Position numbers and translations under genes: made by a program
Shown: positions 39,965 to 52,700 of the stretch, piece after piece
Layout of the letters: every line of letters starts with the position of its first letter
Position numbering within the stretch: the first letter of the stretch is position 1
Notes under the pieces: generated by a model
Seen by the model: the letters and a program-made list of their open reading frames with translations, nothing else
Databases searched by the model: none
Told to the model about the DNA's origin: nothing
From: Takakia lepidozioides
Lineage: Eukaryota; Plantae; Bryophyta
Length of the DNA stretch: 64,000 nt
Direction: 5' to 3'
Assembly (NCBI GenBank): GCA_030704615.1
Contig: CM060732.1
Span: 73,098,001 to 73,162,000 of the forward strand

Positions 39965-40103
39965 GGAGATTTGCAGCATTCACCTGTATTGAACTAGTGC
40001 AATTCTACAAAGTGTTTGCTTACATGACAGTGTTTAAATGAAATTTCGCTATCTGGGAGTTTTGAAAAAAGCTTGTTCATCATATCCCAATTTCTGATTT
40101 CAT

Positions 40104-43100
40104 TTGCGTTCACATGGCTACATTACATCCGACTCTGAAGTGGAGGCTGAATGTAGTGTAGAGAGTGTTGCGAACGACGTCAATTTGGAGGGACAAGACA
40201 GCAATGGGCTACAGGGCCAGATTGCCCGTGCTGTGCAAGATGCATTTGAAATATCAGATACCCTCCGGGAGAATCCCACACCTGCCCCAAATGCCCTTCA
40301 CTTGGACAATGACGAGGTTGATGAGAATGACGCAAATCCCTCTGAAATGCCTGATGGGGGAAATATGGGCGGAGAAGAAGTAGGCGCGCCAAATGATCGT
40401 CACCATGAAAAACTCATGCGAGAGTCCCAAATCCCCTTATACGATGGGAGCGTTCACAGCCGATTGACCGCCACATTGATGTTGCTCAATTCCTGCGCCA
40501 CTCACAGATGTACCAACGCATTTGTGGATGAGTTATTTTCATTGTTGAGGCTGGAGATTTTCCCCAAACAGAACACCTTGCCCAAATCGCAGTATGAGGC
40601 CAAAAATATGATCGCCATGATGGGTCTAGGATACAAACAGATCCATGCCTGTGAGCGTGGATGTGTATTGTTTCGTGGAGACCTCGAAAAGGCTGCAAAT
40701 TGCCCCAAGTGCCATAGTCCCCGATACATGGACGGCCGTGGGAAGGTGCCCAAGAAGGTGCTGCAACACTTTCCTCTCATACCTAGATTGAAACGGATGT
40801 TCCAAGCTAAGATGCTCGCAGAGCTCATGAAGTGGCACAGTAATCATAGAAGTGCAGATGGCATGGTCCAGCATGATGCAGACAGTAAGGCTTGGTGCCA
40901 TATTGACAACACATGGCCGGATTTTGCTTCAGATCCAAGAAAGCTACGTCTTGGATTGGCACTGGATGGGGTCAATCCTTATGGCACAAAATTCGCTTCT
41001 TGGTCCACCTGGCCCATCATGGTGCTCAATTATAATCTGCCTCCATGGTTGGTAATGAAGAATTTTTTTGTCATGTTAACACTCCTCATTCCTGGAAAGG
41101 AATCTGTGACAAGTGAAAATGTGGATGTTTACCTGCAACCACTTGTGGAGGAGCTAGCGACATTGTGGGTGGGAGTTGCAGCCGTGGATGTGGCAGCCAT
41201 TGAAGGAGAGCGGGCATTTACCATGCGTGCAGTCCTCATGTGGTACATACATGACTTCCCCGCCTATGGCTTGAGGTTCACCAAGGGTACATTGCTTGTC
41301 CAGCATGTGGACCTCAAGTCGATTCCAGATATTTCCCAGCTTGCAAGAAATTGATATTCCAGGGGCATCAACGCTATCTTCCCCACAATCATGCCTATAG
41401 AAGATCCAAACTTTTTAATGGGGCGCGAGACATGAGACCTGCTCCACATACAGTGACAGCCACTAAAATCAAGGAGCGTGCACGACATTACAAACAATGG
41501 ATTGATGATGGTGGGACTGTAGGCGCACAGAACGATCCCTCCAAGCTCCATGGCGTAAAACGACTGTCCATTCTGTTTGACTTGCCTTACTGGGAGGTGC
41601 GATTACCACACCTGTGTTTTGGGAACATAACAGTGCATTGGTTTTCATTGTGCATGATTGTTTGTTTACTAAACCTATACTGTTAACATCATTCATGACT
41701 GCATTGCAATGTACCTAATTTGTTAGACCACATGGTGCAGCATCTTCTCATCCGCCACACTTTTGATACCATGCATTGCGAGAAGAACGTGATGGAGAAC
41801 ATAATCAAGACTCTTTTCGGCGAAAAAGACACGATGAAAGTTCGCCGCGATCTGGAATTGCAGGGCATTCGAAAGCCTCTTTGGTTACGACACCATCCCA
41901 CCAGAGTGGATACATTGGTAATGCCTGATGCGCCATATGTGCTCACAAAACCAGAGCAACGGGTGTTCCTGGAGATTATCACGAATCTGAAAGTACCCAC
42001 TGGCTATGCCTCTGCTTTCAAAAACCATGTGGTCAAACAAAATTGAGCCAATTGAAGTCACATGATTATCATGTGCTCATGCAACAGATCCTCCCACTTG
42101 CTCTACGTGGGTTGATGGCGCCTGGGGTTCGCAATGCCATACTAAGAGTGTCTCGTGTCTTTCGCAAGTTTTGTGCAAAATTCATTGATCCCACCGAGCA
42201 TGAGGAATTGAAGAAGGAGGTGGCAGTGACTCTTTGTCTTATGGAGAAAGAGTTCCCACCCTCATTTTTTGATGTTATGACACATTTACTTATCCACTTG
42301 GTGGATGAGCTGGATTTGTGTGGACCTGTAGCTTCTCGGTGGATGTACCCGGTGGAGAGAGCAATGAAGGATTTTAAAGGGAATGTGCGAAACTTGGCGA
42401 AGCCTGAGGGCAGTATGGCGAAGGGCTACGTGTTTGAAGAGGCATTGGGATTTTGTACAGAGTACTTGTCTTCTGTTGATGCTACTAGGTGGAGAGTGTG
42501 GGATGCAGGAGAGGAGGAATCAGTGTCGGGCTGGGTGTTGGAAGGAGTTGGTCGACCACGGAGGTTGACCCTCGAATTGTTGCAGCTTCTCCATGACTAC
42601 GTCATTCACAACCATCCCAGTTTGAGCATTATGTTGGGGTAAGTGGCAAATGTGAGTGCATGTCACAGCTTCTGGCACCTGCTATGCATGGGTATGCTTT
42701 GTATAGGTGTGTGTGCATTTGTTCTTCCATCGGCTGCAGGTTGCACTAGATAAATTGATGTGGTTGTGCGTGTGTTGGCAGGTCCTATGAGGTGGAGAAA
42801 TCCAGGTTGGAGACTGAAAATGCTGCTAACCAGAACAGGATCCGCGCTCTCCCTCACTTTGCAGAATGGTTGGTAACGGCAGTCCGCCAGCATGTGTCAA
42901 GTGTTGCCAACCATGCTACTGATTCAGCCTGCAAGGAATTGTTGGACATGTCCAAACCCCCATCATTAATCGCAATATCATACAAGAGCATGTCGACTTA
43001 TGGAAACCACTTCAAGGTTACTTCAGATGGACTCAACAGCCCCTTTGTGACATATGACTCGGGGGTCTCTACTGTTTTCCAGCATGAATGTACTTGCATT

Positions 43101-43661
43101 TCAGGTGAGCAGGTGGTGGAAAGCGTACGGTATGTGGGTGTCATAAAGGAGATTTTAGAATTGGATTATGGCTCCACACACACCACAGTGCTATTGTGTT
43201 CATGGGTACGTGCACGATGTGTGGGCTCTCAGCCTGTGTCAATGAAGTAGGATGACTCTGGCTTCACATTGGTGAATTTCTCCCACTTGTTGCCTCCACT
43301 TGAACAGCCTTTTGTGCTCCTATCACAGGTCGAGCAAGTTTTTTTCTCTGAGTGTATGAATGAACCAAGATGGAACGTGGTGCTGGAAAAAAACCTCAGG
43401 TCACGCAGGGCTGTTTGTGATGTGAGCATTTGCAACGATGATATTGCAAGTGTATCAGGCCTCTTAGCCCCCAATCAGATTGAAGAGACCAATGTTGCTG
43501 GTGACAGGGTCGGCCAGACCATCCAAGTGACACCTGAAGAGGTTGCTTCACTTTACAGAGACATGCGATCTGAGGAAGCACATCCATGTCCCACGGAGGA
43601 CAGTTGCGATGGAGATTCAGAGTCCAGTGATGAGGAGTTGGTTGATGTGGACGTGTACTAG
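40104..43661 (+). pseudogene. CACTA-B TnpD-like transposase (Transposase_21, DUF4218, DUF4216)
   Basis: IHACERGCVLF..CPKC, LRLGLALDGVNP, STWP..YNLPPW, DVYLQPLVEEL, HDFPAYG, DTMHCEKN, KSHDYH, RWMYPVER, QPFVL. Introns near 41597-41740 and 42639-42781; a few frameshifts and stops. Confidence 0.95.
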
Positions 43662-44269
43662 TACCTGGAATGAGGTATGACTTTTCCCCCCAATTGCCTT
43701 TCTCTATCTCAAGTATATGAAGGGTGGTATTGGGCAAAATTCAATATGTAATCCCGGTTGATTCATGAATAATGTGGGCTTTGTAAGACTGGCACTAAGG
43801 GTTGCCCTTGGGGGTGTCTTTTTTGCAGGGTGTTGGAGGAGGTTAGCTATTTCATGAGCATGAGCGGCATGAGCGGCATGAGCGGAGTAGCAAGACAATC
43901 GGTTTTCATGAGCAGAAATACAAATTTCAAAAATAAAAAACATTATAAAACATTAATTTAATGGAATGTGTCAGAGAAAACAAATATATTATTCGGCACC
44001 TTGAAGGGGAAATTGTAGTTTTGAGAGTTGTGCTCATGATATTTCGACGCCCGCTCATGCCAATTCCCAGCGACATGTGCAAAAATGGCGCCGAATTTCG
44101 CGGTAATAGGGTCCGTAACCGGAAAAAACCGCGACGTATTTCGCGGTAATAGGTCTCTCTGGCGAAAAATGGTGCGAATTCCGCGGCTATAGGTCCCCTC
44201 ATGACAGGTGTGTAAGCCCAAAATTTGGAAATGTGGCGCCGAATTTCGGTACATGGTGCCGGGGATTGC

Positions 44270-46647
44270 ACAGATGTTGGGCAAATCCTCTTCCTCGCCA
44301 GGTGCCTCGTCAAGTCTTCGTCTCACTGGACGGGTATGAACATCTCCTTCCAAATGTTGGCCTCTTCGAAGCAATGGCGTGTCTCGAAGGCCCTCTCGTA
44401 AGGCCGCCGCCCACTTCCGAGGATTCTTCGATCTGGAGGCAGTCCGCATCAGCATTTCCTGCCTGTCCGGCCCCAAGCCCCACTGTTTCCCTTTCAAGAA
44501 CTCGTTGTACCTGCATTGCTGCATAATTGACCTCACAATGTCCTCCGTTGTGGCAGTGAGGATGTCCACCAGATGCGCCGCAGAGGAGGTACGCCAGGAA
44601 GAATGCACTGATTCGGCCATGTTTGTTGTGGGCATGTCAGTGTCGGAGTCGAGACACATTTCCTGCACAAGCACATGTTGAGGTTATAAGCAAGTTACAA
44701 ATAATGCCAAGAATAATATTCAACGGGATGCGAATTCGTGCAACTCACCTCCCGCATATAGTCGCCGAACTGGAGGAAATGATAATGCCACCATGTTAGC
44801 CAACTGACCATTGCTCCCTCGTCTGATTTCCTTACAACTCCTGACGATGTCCACCAAGCCCGTATACATGCAAACTGTGTCTCTGCATCATCCAAGGTGG
44901 GAGCGCGCTTCCACGCAAGATACATGGAACGGTGCTCCTCTCTGAAATCTGGCGCCACGAGCCTGGTTGTGTACTGCGAAAGGCTCTGCAGAAAATGGAA
45001 CCCACAAGATCTCTCCTTGCCTTCCATGGGAACATTGGGGTCTTGCCCGTACACCCTTCGGATGGCAGCCCAATTTGCTTGTGCATTGTCCGCCATGAAA
45101 CCACGGAAATTGGGAGGGGGCAATCCCGCCTTGGCCATCTGCTCGTTTATTCCCTGCCAAAGAAGCATCTCCGATTGTGTGTCCTCTCCTTTCATCTCAC
45201 AAATAGCAATTGTCATTAGCATCCTGCAGTGGGTGTCGTAGACATGTGCACCCATTGTCACCCACTGGTGATTTGTAATTCGCTTGATATGGTCGAACAT
45301 GACCCAACTGTTTGACAAGTCCCCACTCGTCATCCTGTCGACCAGTTCGACGCCGCTGCCACGTCCACACGTGGACATTTTGAATACGAAACAACGATCT
45401 GCCTCAGTCCCTTGTCCTGGAAACCTACTTCCATGAATGTAGTCATATCCACATCGTCGCTTCACCTCTAGAATGGAGTGCATATCCGAGCCACGCCCAA
45501 TTTTCTGTTTGCATGAGACAATGTGGTTTCGGACATTCGGTGAACATACGTGGGACACCGACTCCAGCATTGCCTCCATTTCCTTCTCATCGAGAGGAAC
45601 TCTATCGGAGCCGTCTTCCGACATAATTCTGGCCAATGCCATCTTATGGGCGGCTTGGAGCTGTATCTGTTTGGGTTTGGCACCCGGTCTCAACTTAACC
45701 TCCTCCTGATCGAGCTGCTCTGCCTCGTGGGCAGCCTCCCGCGAGTTCCCCCTCGCCAATTTGTGACAATGGGAACCAACGTGTATGCAAGCTCGGGTGA
45801 GGTCAGGGAAACGGTGCAACACATAGAACTGCTTGGCATTACAAACAGACATGCAGTGTGGTGGTTCTTTGCAATGTGCACACTTAAATGTGGAGTTCGG
45901 AACCTTCTCCTGAGCTCAAAATGGTTGATGAGCTGTGCCTGTCCAATCGGTCTCGTTCTTGTGACCTCTGGATTTAAAATGGAAGCAAGGTGGGGAGAAA
46001 CACCGCAACACGCCCGCACAAACAACGTAGCGCACCCGCACACCATCGAGCATCTTCATGCTGGTGGTTTTGGTGATGCACCAAGGATGACCATCATGTT
46101 TTCTATCCATATCTGTCAACATTCCGGACGCCCTCGAGTAGTCCGTCCGAGGAGGGAACTCAAAGAAGATATTACCGTCGACGTTTGCGGGAAGGCATGT
46201 AACCGATTTAATTGCGAACTTGCTGTAGTCCAACCCGGCCAGCTCCGAGCGGTGTCCCTCCATGTGAAGCCCTCGCAGAATTTCAAGAATAGATCGAACT
46301 GCGGTGCTCGTGCTGGGAATATGACTCCCTCGTCCATTGACGTCCATTGAGGACTTGCCTGATCTCCAGGACGACCTCGGAACTTCCATGACCTCGTCTG
46401 AGTCGGACAAGTTGTGAACAACCCGGTTCTCGCTCGTCGTCATGGATGGGTTCGGCTCTGGATTTACTTCGTTGCGGACTTCTCTTTTTGAGGTAGCCAC
46501 TCTCTGATTCGCGGATTGTTTCGTGGAAGGCGGCAGGATAGAAGGTGCATTTGGCGGGCAAATGAAGTCCCCAACAACCCTGTATATGACGCTGTCCGAT
46601 GGTGGAACTCGCCATTCCCTGCCATCGCCGAAATCATCGTGGAGCAC
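44270..46647 (-). pseudogene. MULE transposase with WRKY/GCM1-type zinc DNA-binding region
   Basis: DGHPW..CAGVLRC..C and CNAK..HVGSHCH; catalytic D (MFDHIK), D (MADNAQA), CxxH (CGFH), E (TTNMAESVH). Intron 44663-44748; frameshift near 45900. Confidence 0.85.
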
Positions 46648-47044
46648 AACAATACTCTAGACAACAACGCTGTTTGAGTCCTTCCTTTCCTCCTCCAAAA
46701 AAACCGACCCCGGTTTCAGGTGGTATCGAACGCACAGATATTTCTCCATCACCCGGCAGATGTCCCCTCTGCACGGAAATGAAGCTATATGCTCGTGAGG
46801 AGGGCAGTACACTGTAGCGCTCGAATTTTCCGCCATGGGAGATGTGCACACAAGACTGCCAGGATGGCGTGCGGGCAAGCTCCCTGGTAGAAGGGGGATG
46901 CAGCGATGAGAAGGAATGCGGTGCCGATTTGTCCGAGCGACAAAAATCCACAGTAAGAGTGTTAATGAACCTTGTCTCAGGAATGCGGCCCCTGGTCTTT
47001 GCGCAATAACTGCCAACGGTATGCAGTCAGAAAGTGGGGGGCCG

Positions 47045-47915
47045 TCCGGATCATGTCGGCTGAAGGGGAGAAGCCGGCACCGTGCCGTCACATTACTACC
47101 CCCGGATGAAAATTCGGCACCGAATATCCAGCAGGGGCCGCATGTATGAAGTCGCCTCGGGCACAGAGGCCGGGACCTGTCCGACGGAGAACAACCCCCG
47201 GATGGAAATTCAGCGCTGAATTTCCATTCGGATCCCCCCAAAGGAAGTCGTGTTGGGGGGTCAGGCCGAAAACTGGCCGACATAAAAACCTCCCCGGATG
47301 GAAAAACAGCGCCGAATTTCCATCCGAGGCCGTTCGGATGCAGTCGGCTTGGGGGAAAGGCCGACACCTGGCCCTCACATTACAACCCCCGGACGGAAAT
47401 TCGGCACCGAATATCCAGCAGTGGAAGCCCGGATGAAGTCGCCTCGGGCGTACAGGCTGGCGCGTGTTCGACAGAGAGCATCCCCTGGATGGAGATTCGG
47501 AGCCGAATTTCCATCCGGCCCCCCCCAAACGAAGTCATGTCGGGGGGGCAGGCCGAAAACTGGCCGACATAAAAACCTCCCCAGATGGGAAAACGACGCC
47601 GAATTTCCATCCGGGGCCGTTCCGATGCAGTCGGGCAGGGGGGAGAGGCCGGCACCTGGCCGTCACATTTCAACCCCCGGACGGAGATTCGGCACCGAAT
47701 ATCCAACAGGTGACGCCCGGACGAAGTCGCCTCGAGCGTAGAGGCCGGCTCCTGTCCGACAGAGACCATCCCCCGAATGGAAATTCGCCGCCAAATTTCC
47801 ATCCGGGCCCCCTCAAAGGAAGTCCGGTCGGGTGGTGAGGCCCAAAACTGGACGATATAAAAACCTCCCAGGATGGAAAAACGGCGCCGAATTTCCGTTC
47901 GAGGCCGTTCGGATT
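47045..47915. repeat. Tandem repeat: ~3 copies of a ~288-bp unit
   Basis: CACATT..ACCCCCGGA..AAATTCGGCACCGAATATCCA at 47089, 47376 and 47664; each unit holds three variants of the palindrome. Confidence 0.9.
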
Positions 47916-48029
47916 TCCCTCTAGCAGTCAAGGATTCCATGAAAAACGTGTCTAAAAGTGGACTTCAGCCAAAAAACTAACAGTTTACTTTGTTTTTCTC
48001 CGAAAAACCAAGCGGCCACGCTCAGAATT

Positions 48030-48910
48030 ACCTGCAGGAAGGTAATTCGGCGCTTCGACTTACCTGGCGAATGGAAATTCGGCGCCGAATTTCCATCCGC
48101 CAGCGATCCGAGTTTCCTGCTGGATGGATATTCGGCGCCGAATTTCCATCTGCCAGCGATCCGAGTTACCTGTTGGATGGAAATTCGGCGCCGGATTTCC
48201 ATCCATCCGGGCTTGGACTTACCTGCAGGATGGAAATTCGGCGCCGAATTTCCATCCTGATCCACTCCGAATTACCTGCATGACGCAAATTTTGCGCGCC
48301 GCCTTACCTGCCGGATGGAATTTCGGCGCCGAATTTCCATCCATCTGCTCTCCGACCAACCTGGCGGATGGAAATCCGGCGCCGGATTTCCATTCATCCG
48401 GCTCCGAATTACCTGCGTGGTGGAAATTTCGCGCGCCGCCCTACCTGGCAGGATGGAAATCCGGCGCCGGATTTCCATCCAAGCGGCTTCGAATTACCTG
48501 CGTGGCGGAAATTTTGCGCACCGCCTTACCTGACAGGATGGAAATCCGGCGCCGGATTTCCATCCATCCGGCTCCGAATTACCTGCGTGGCGGAAATTTC
48601 GCGCGCCGCCCTACCTGGCAGGATGGAAATCCGGCTCCGAATTACCTGCGTGACGGAAATTTCGCGCGACGCCCTACCTGGCAGGATGGAAATCCGGCGC
48701 CGGATTTCCATCCATCCGCTCTCCGACCAACCTGGCGGATGGAAACCAACCTGGCGGATTTCCATCCATCCGGCTCCGAATTACCTGCGTGACGGAAATT
48801 TCGCGCGACGCCCTACCTGGCAGGATGGAAATTCGGCGCTGAATTTCCATCCTGCTGCTCTCCGAATTACCTGCATGACAGAAATTTTGCGCGCTGCCGT
48901 ACCTAGCGGA
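48030..48910. repeat. Array of palindromes GATGGAAAT(T/C)CGGCGCCG(A/G)ATTTCCATC interleaved with TTACCTG motifs
   Basis: About a dozen copies; perfect 34-bp palindrome at 48226-48259 and 26-bp palindrome at 48071-48096. Confidence 0.92.
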
Positions 48911-49780
48911 TGGGCATTAAATGTCCACCTCCGTCCGTTTTTATTTGGGCTTGCGACACATGGCTTCCTCGATACGTACCCTAAATCTGCTGCTAATCTT
49001 GGATTAACTTCTATTCGAGGCATGTACCCCAAAAAACTGAGATTTTTTTCCATTTTGGCTGGGACTTATGCCGCCTGAAGTGCATGGCTCTCCTGAGAGA
49101 GACCTCACATCCAGACCGCGGCGGAAGTTGAAAGCTTTGTACTAGGGACGATGGCCAATCTCTCGCATGGCCAAACTTAAGCTCCAGCAGGAGATTCCAG
49201 TGTCTTGCTCACAACCTGCGCCAACTGAAGCCGAGTACTCTCGCCTAAACTTTGTTTTGTTTTCATTGTTGTTCCACGATTGTTGCTATGGTGGTTACGC
49301 TGCTCGTTGCGATGCTGGTTTTGGCACCGATGTTGGTTCTGATGATTTTGGGAATGACAGAGTGACGACGAGCCCGGCACGCTGGTGGTATCATCGACCG
49401 CTCCAACTCATCGCATGTTTGAATCGCCCAACTTGGGGCGAGAGGGCAAACTTCAACCTTTTGTTGGTGGACGGGAGGACCTGCAGCGAGGGTACGACAA
49501 AATAGGCATTGGAGAGGTTGGTGCAGGCGGCATGGTAGGTGAAGGGCGTGAGGACAGCAGATCCGGCAATGGAGGTTGTTGATGCACATGTAGTAGGGCC
49601 CGCCCACGCAAAGAAGAAGAAGAAAGCTAAGCACATGCAATCCCCGGCGAGAGAGCCGTCAGCCCTAGTAAGAAACAGAAAACCCGTAAGAGGACAAAAG
49701 AGAGGGCAAAAGAACAGGCGAGACAGAAGGCTAGCCAGGAGGAAAGAGAAAAGGCCACTGAAGAGGCCAGGGGTGCCCAA

Positions 49781-52700
49781 ATGACAGATGCCAATGTAAG
49801 CGAGGGACGCACAGAGACGGTGGATCCCTCCAAGACACCACAAAGAGGCAGTAACACACCGGTTACACCATCGCGGACAAGAGCAGCCCCCGCAATTACC
49901 CATACGGTGGAGAGTGGAGGAGAGGAAAGAACACCACAAAGAGCACGGATTGTGCAAGTTCGAGGTGAAGCCGGGGAGATGGCAGTAGAGACAGGGAGAG
50001 TGCTCGAGGTGGTTTCGCTGGTGGTTCACCATGTTGAGGAGGACGACACCGAGCTTTCTGACCAGGATGACATCCTCCCGGACATCCCCAGGCCCCAAAC
50101 CCACAGCATACAGGCTGGATTTGGCAGTCCTGGTGGGCTGCCGGAGAACCCCTCTGCAGTAGACGTCATGTCCGAGGTGGATACGAAGTTGGCCGCTGCC
50201 AAGATGTTGGAGGCAACCCACATCAACATTGGCAGGGTGCTGGGGGGCATGGTGTACCCGGCCAAGCTTCGAATTCCCCTTTGCCGCTTGGTGTCTTTGC
50301 AGGTGGTGAGACCTGCCCTCCCAGGCGATATCGACAAGCTGAAATTCTCTTTCCGGGATGGATATCGAATGGGGTCTGCCGCGTTTTACATTTCCATTGA
50401 GAACGACCACGGAGCTTCCCGTGCCCACACTTCCGATGAGGTGGACAAATGGGGTCCCCATTGGCAAAGGCGAAATGAGGAGTTCGAGAGATAAATTGTT
50501 ACTGATCCTCTTTTCCAGCACTTGTCCGGAAAGATGTTTTACGTGTGGGACGACAATCATCGCCTCCTGGCATGGATGGAGCACATAGCCGAAGCCCACC
50601 CCAACGACCTCGATTGGCATTTCGCCGTGGAGTGTGTTGTGCTGAAGGTTGCGGGGCCCAAAGATCGCAGTCTTCTCAAAGCTGCAATGGCGGACATCAA
50701 CTCGTAAGTTACAATGCCTCTTGCTTTTGGACCCATCCGATTGTAAGTCATTTCATTGCGAATCCTCATATTTGTTGTAAATTCCCATTTCAGAATTGTT
50801 TGATGGAAATGTGGCATTGCAGGGTGACTGAGAATGCTTTCATTGCCACCAACTTGTCCCATATGCTCTTCCGAGTGAAGGATGTCGGGAAGCAGGGGGT
50901 ACAAGAGTTTGCCAATTCGCTCAGTGCCGACCTCCTGCGCAAGTCGGAGGCAAAGGCAGACAGAACCTGGTATAGGTTGAGCATGGACGCCATGGTGGAC
51001 TACATATTTCGGGTAAAGCTCCTGACTGTTTTGTTGAGCTAATCTGTCTCTCCTCCCCCAATAGAAGAAAAAGTGTTGAGCAGGATCTCTAATCTTATGT
51101 ACGCATTCTTGACAGACAAAAATTCAGCAGGATTTGGCACATGCGCGGAGGTTCTACATGGAGTCAGAGGAGAAGAATCTAACACTCCCGGCACTCGAAT
51201 CGTATCTCAAAGCTGCGGAGGTGAGGGCCCGCATAAAATACAAGTCGCGGATGGTAAAGTACGTGGCCATAGCTGATCCCGCCCTTGGTGCCGACTTTCT
51301 GGTGGAGGTGGGGAAGCACTACTCCCGCGCTCTGAAGCCCACGATGACATTGGAGAAGCTCCATCGTCTAGCCACATCCTGTGTGGATGGTGCAGAAAAG
51401 GTGATACATTCTTAACCAAATTGTGGTGGCAACAACTCGTTTTTGTGGTGTTTGGCGCTTACGAATATGCTGGGTGGTTGGACAGACCCGGTGGCTCCAA
51501 ATCTGGAATGGTTCCCAAAGTACAAGGGACATGTGGAGCTTCCCCAAACCAGACAAAGTGTCTGACCCCACATTCGACATGTGGATGAACCGCATGACAT
51601 GGTGGTTTCAGGTACTTCCCCACGCTTCGTTTGGCGCTTCTACTCTTGTAGGGGGTGGATTCATTGTATTTTTTCAGCAATGGGATCTGATGGAGAATCT
51701 CCACAGGTGACGACGAATGCGCAAGAGCAGCTGGACACACAAGCACATCAGTTCAAGATGGAGATTTCTCCTGCAGTAGAGAGCCTACGCGACTATGTGA
51801 CGAGGTACTTTCTGCTCTACAAAACTGACCTATTCTTTCGGGAGATACCACATGCCCGCCGGAGCCACGAGTTCACCGACCAGCCGAACGCGGACAAATC
51901 AGCAATGCGCCTTCTGTACAGGTACTTACGCGATGCCTTCCTTACAGTCCTTGCATTTTTCGCCGAATTTCCAGATCAGAGCTCCGAAAATGGCTAAGTC
52001 CCTAGGGTGGCTGGCCCTGAACTGGAAATTCGGCGCCATTTTTCCAGGTCAAGGCCATATGGGACAGCCATTTTCGGGCCGGACCTGGGAAAATGGCGCC
52101 GAATTTCCAGTCAGGGCTCCAAAAATGGCTAAGTCCCTAGGGTGGCTGGCCCTGAACTGGAAATTCGGCGCCATTTTTCCAGTTCTGGGCCCTATTGCCC
52201 TTGTGGGACTTAGCCATTTTCGGGCCGAACTTGGGAAAATGGTGCCGAATTTCCAGTCAGGGCTCCGAAAATGGCTAAGTCCCTAGGGTGGCTGGCCCTG
52301 AACTGGAAATTCGGCGCCATTTTTCCAGTTCTGGGCCCTATTGCCCTTGTGGGACTTAGCCATTTTCGGGCCGAACTTGGGAAAATGGTGCCGAATTTCC
52401 AGTCAGGGCTCCGAAAATGGCTAAGTCCCTAGGGTGGCTGGCCCTGAACTGGAAATTCGGCGCCATTTTTCCAGTTCTGGGCCCTATTGCCCTTGTGGGA
52501 CTTAGCCATTTTCGGGCCGAACTTGGGAAAATGGCGCCAAATTTCCAGTCAGGGCTCCGAAAATGGCTAAGTCCCTAGGGTGGCTGGCCCTGAACTGGAA
52601 ATTCGGCGCCATTTTTTCATTTCTAGGCCCTATTGCCGTTCTGGGACTTGGCCATCTTCGGGCCAAACCGGGAAAAATGGCGCCGAATTTCCAGTTTAGG

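Noticed and set aside
48030-48910. CRISPR-like array of palindromic repeats
   Set aside because: The intervening sequences are themselves repeated and irregular in length, there are no cas genes, and the context is a eukaryotic TE.
46657-49078. Many overlapping 100-240 aa ORFs
   Set aside because: They are translations of GC-rich palindromic tandem repeats open on both strands, with no domain signal.
49391-50620. 409-aa minus-strand ORF
   Set aside because: Antisense shadow of the ParB-like exon; no recognisable motifs.
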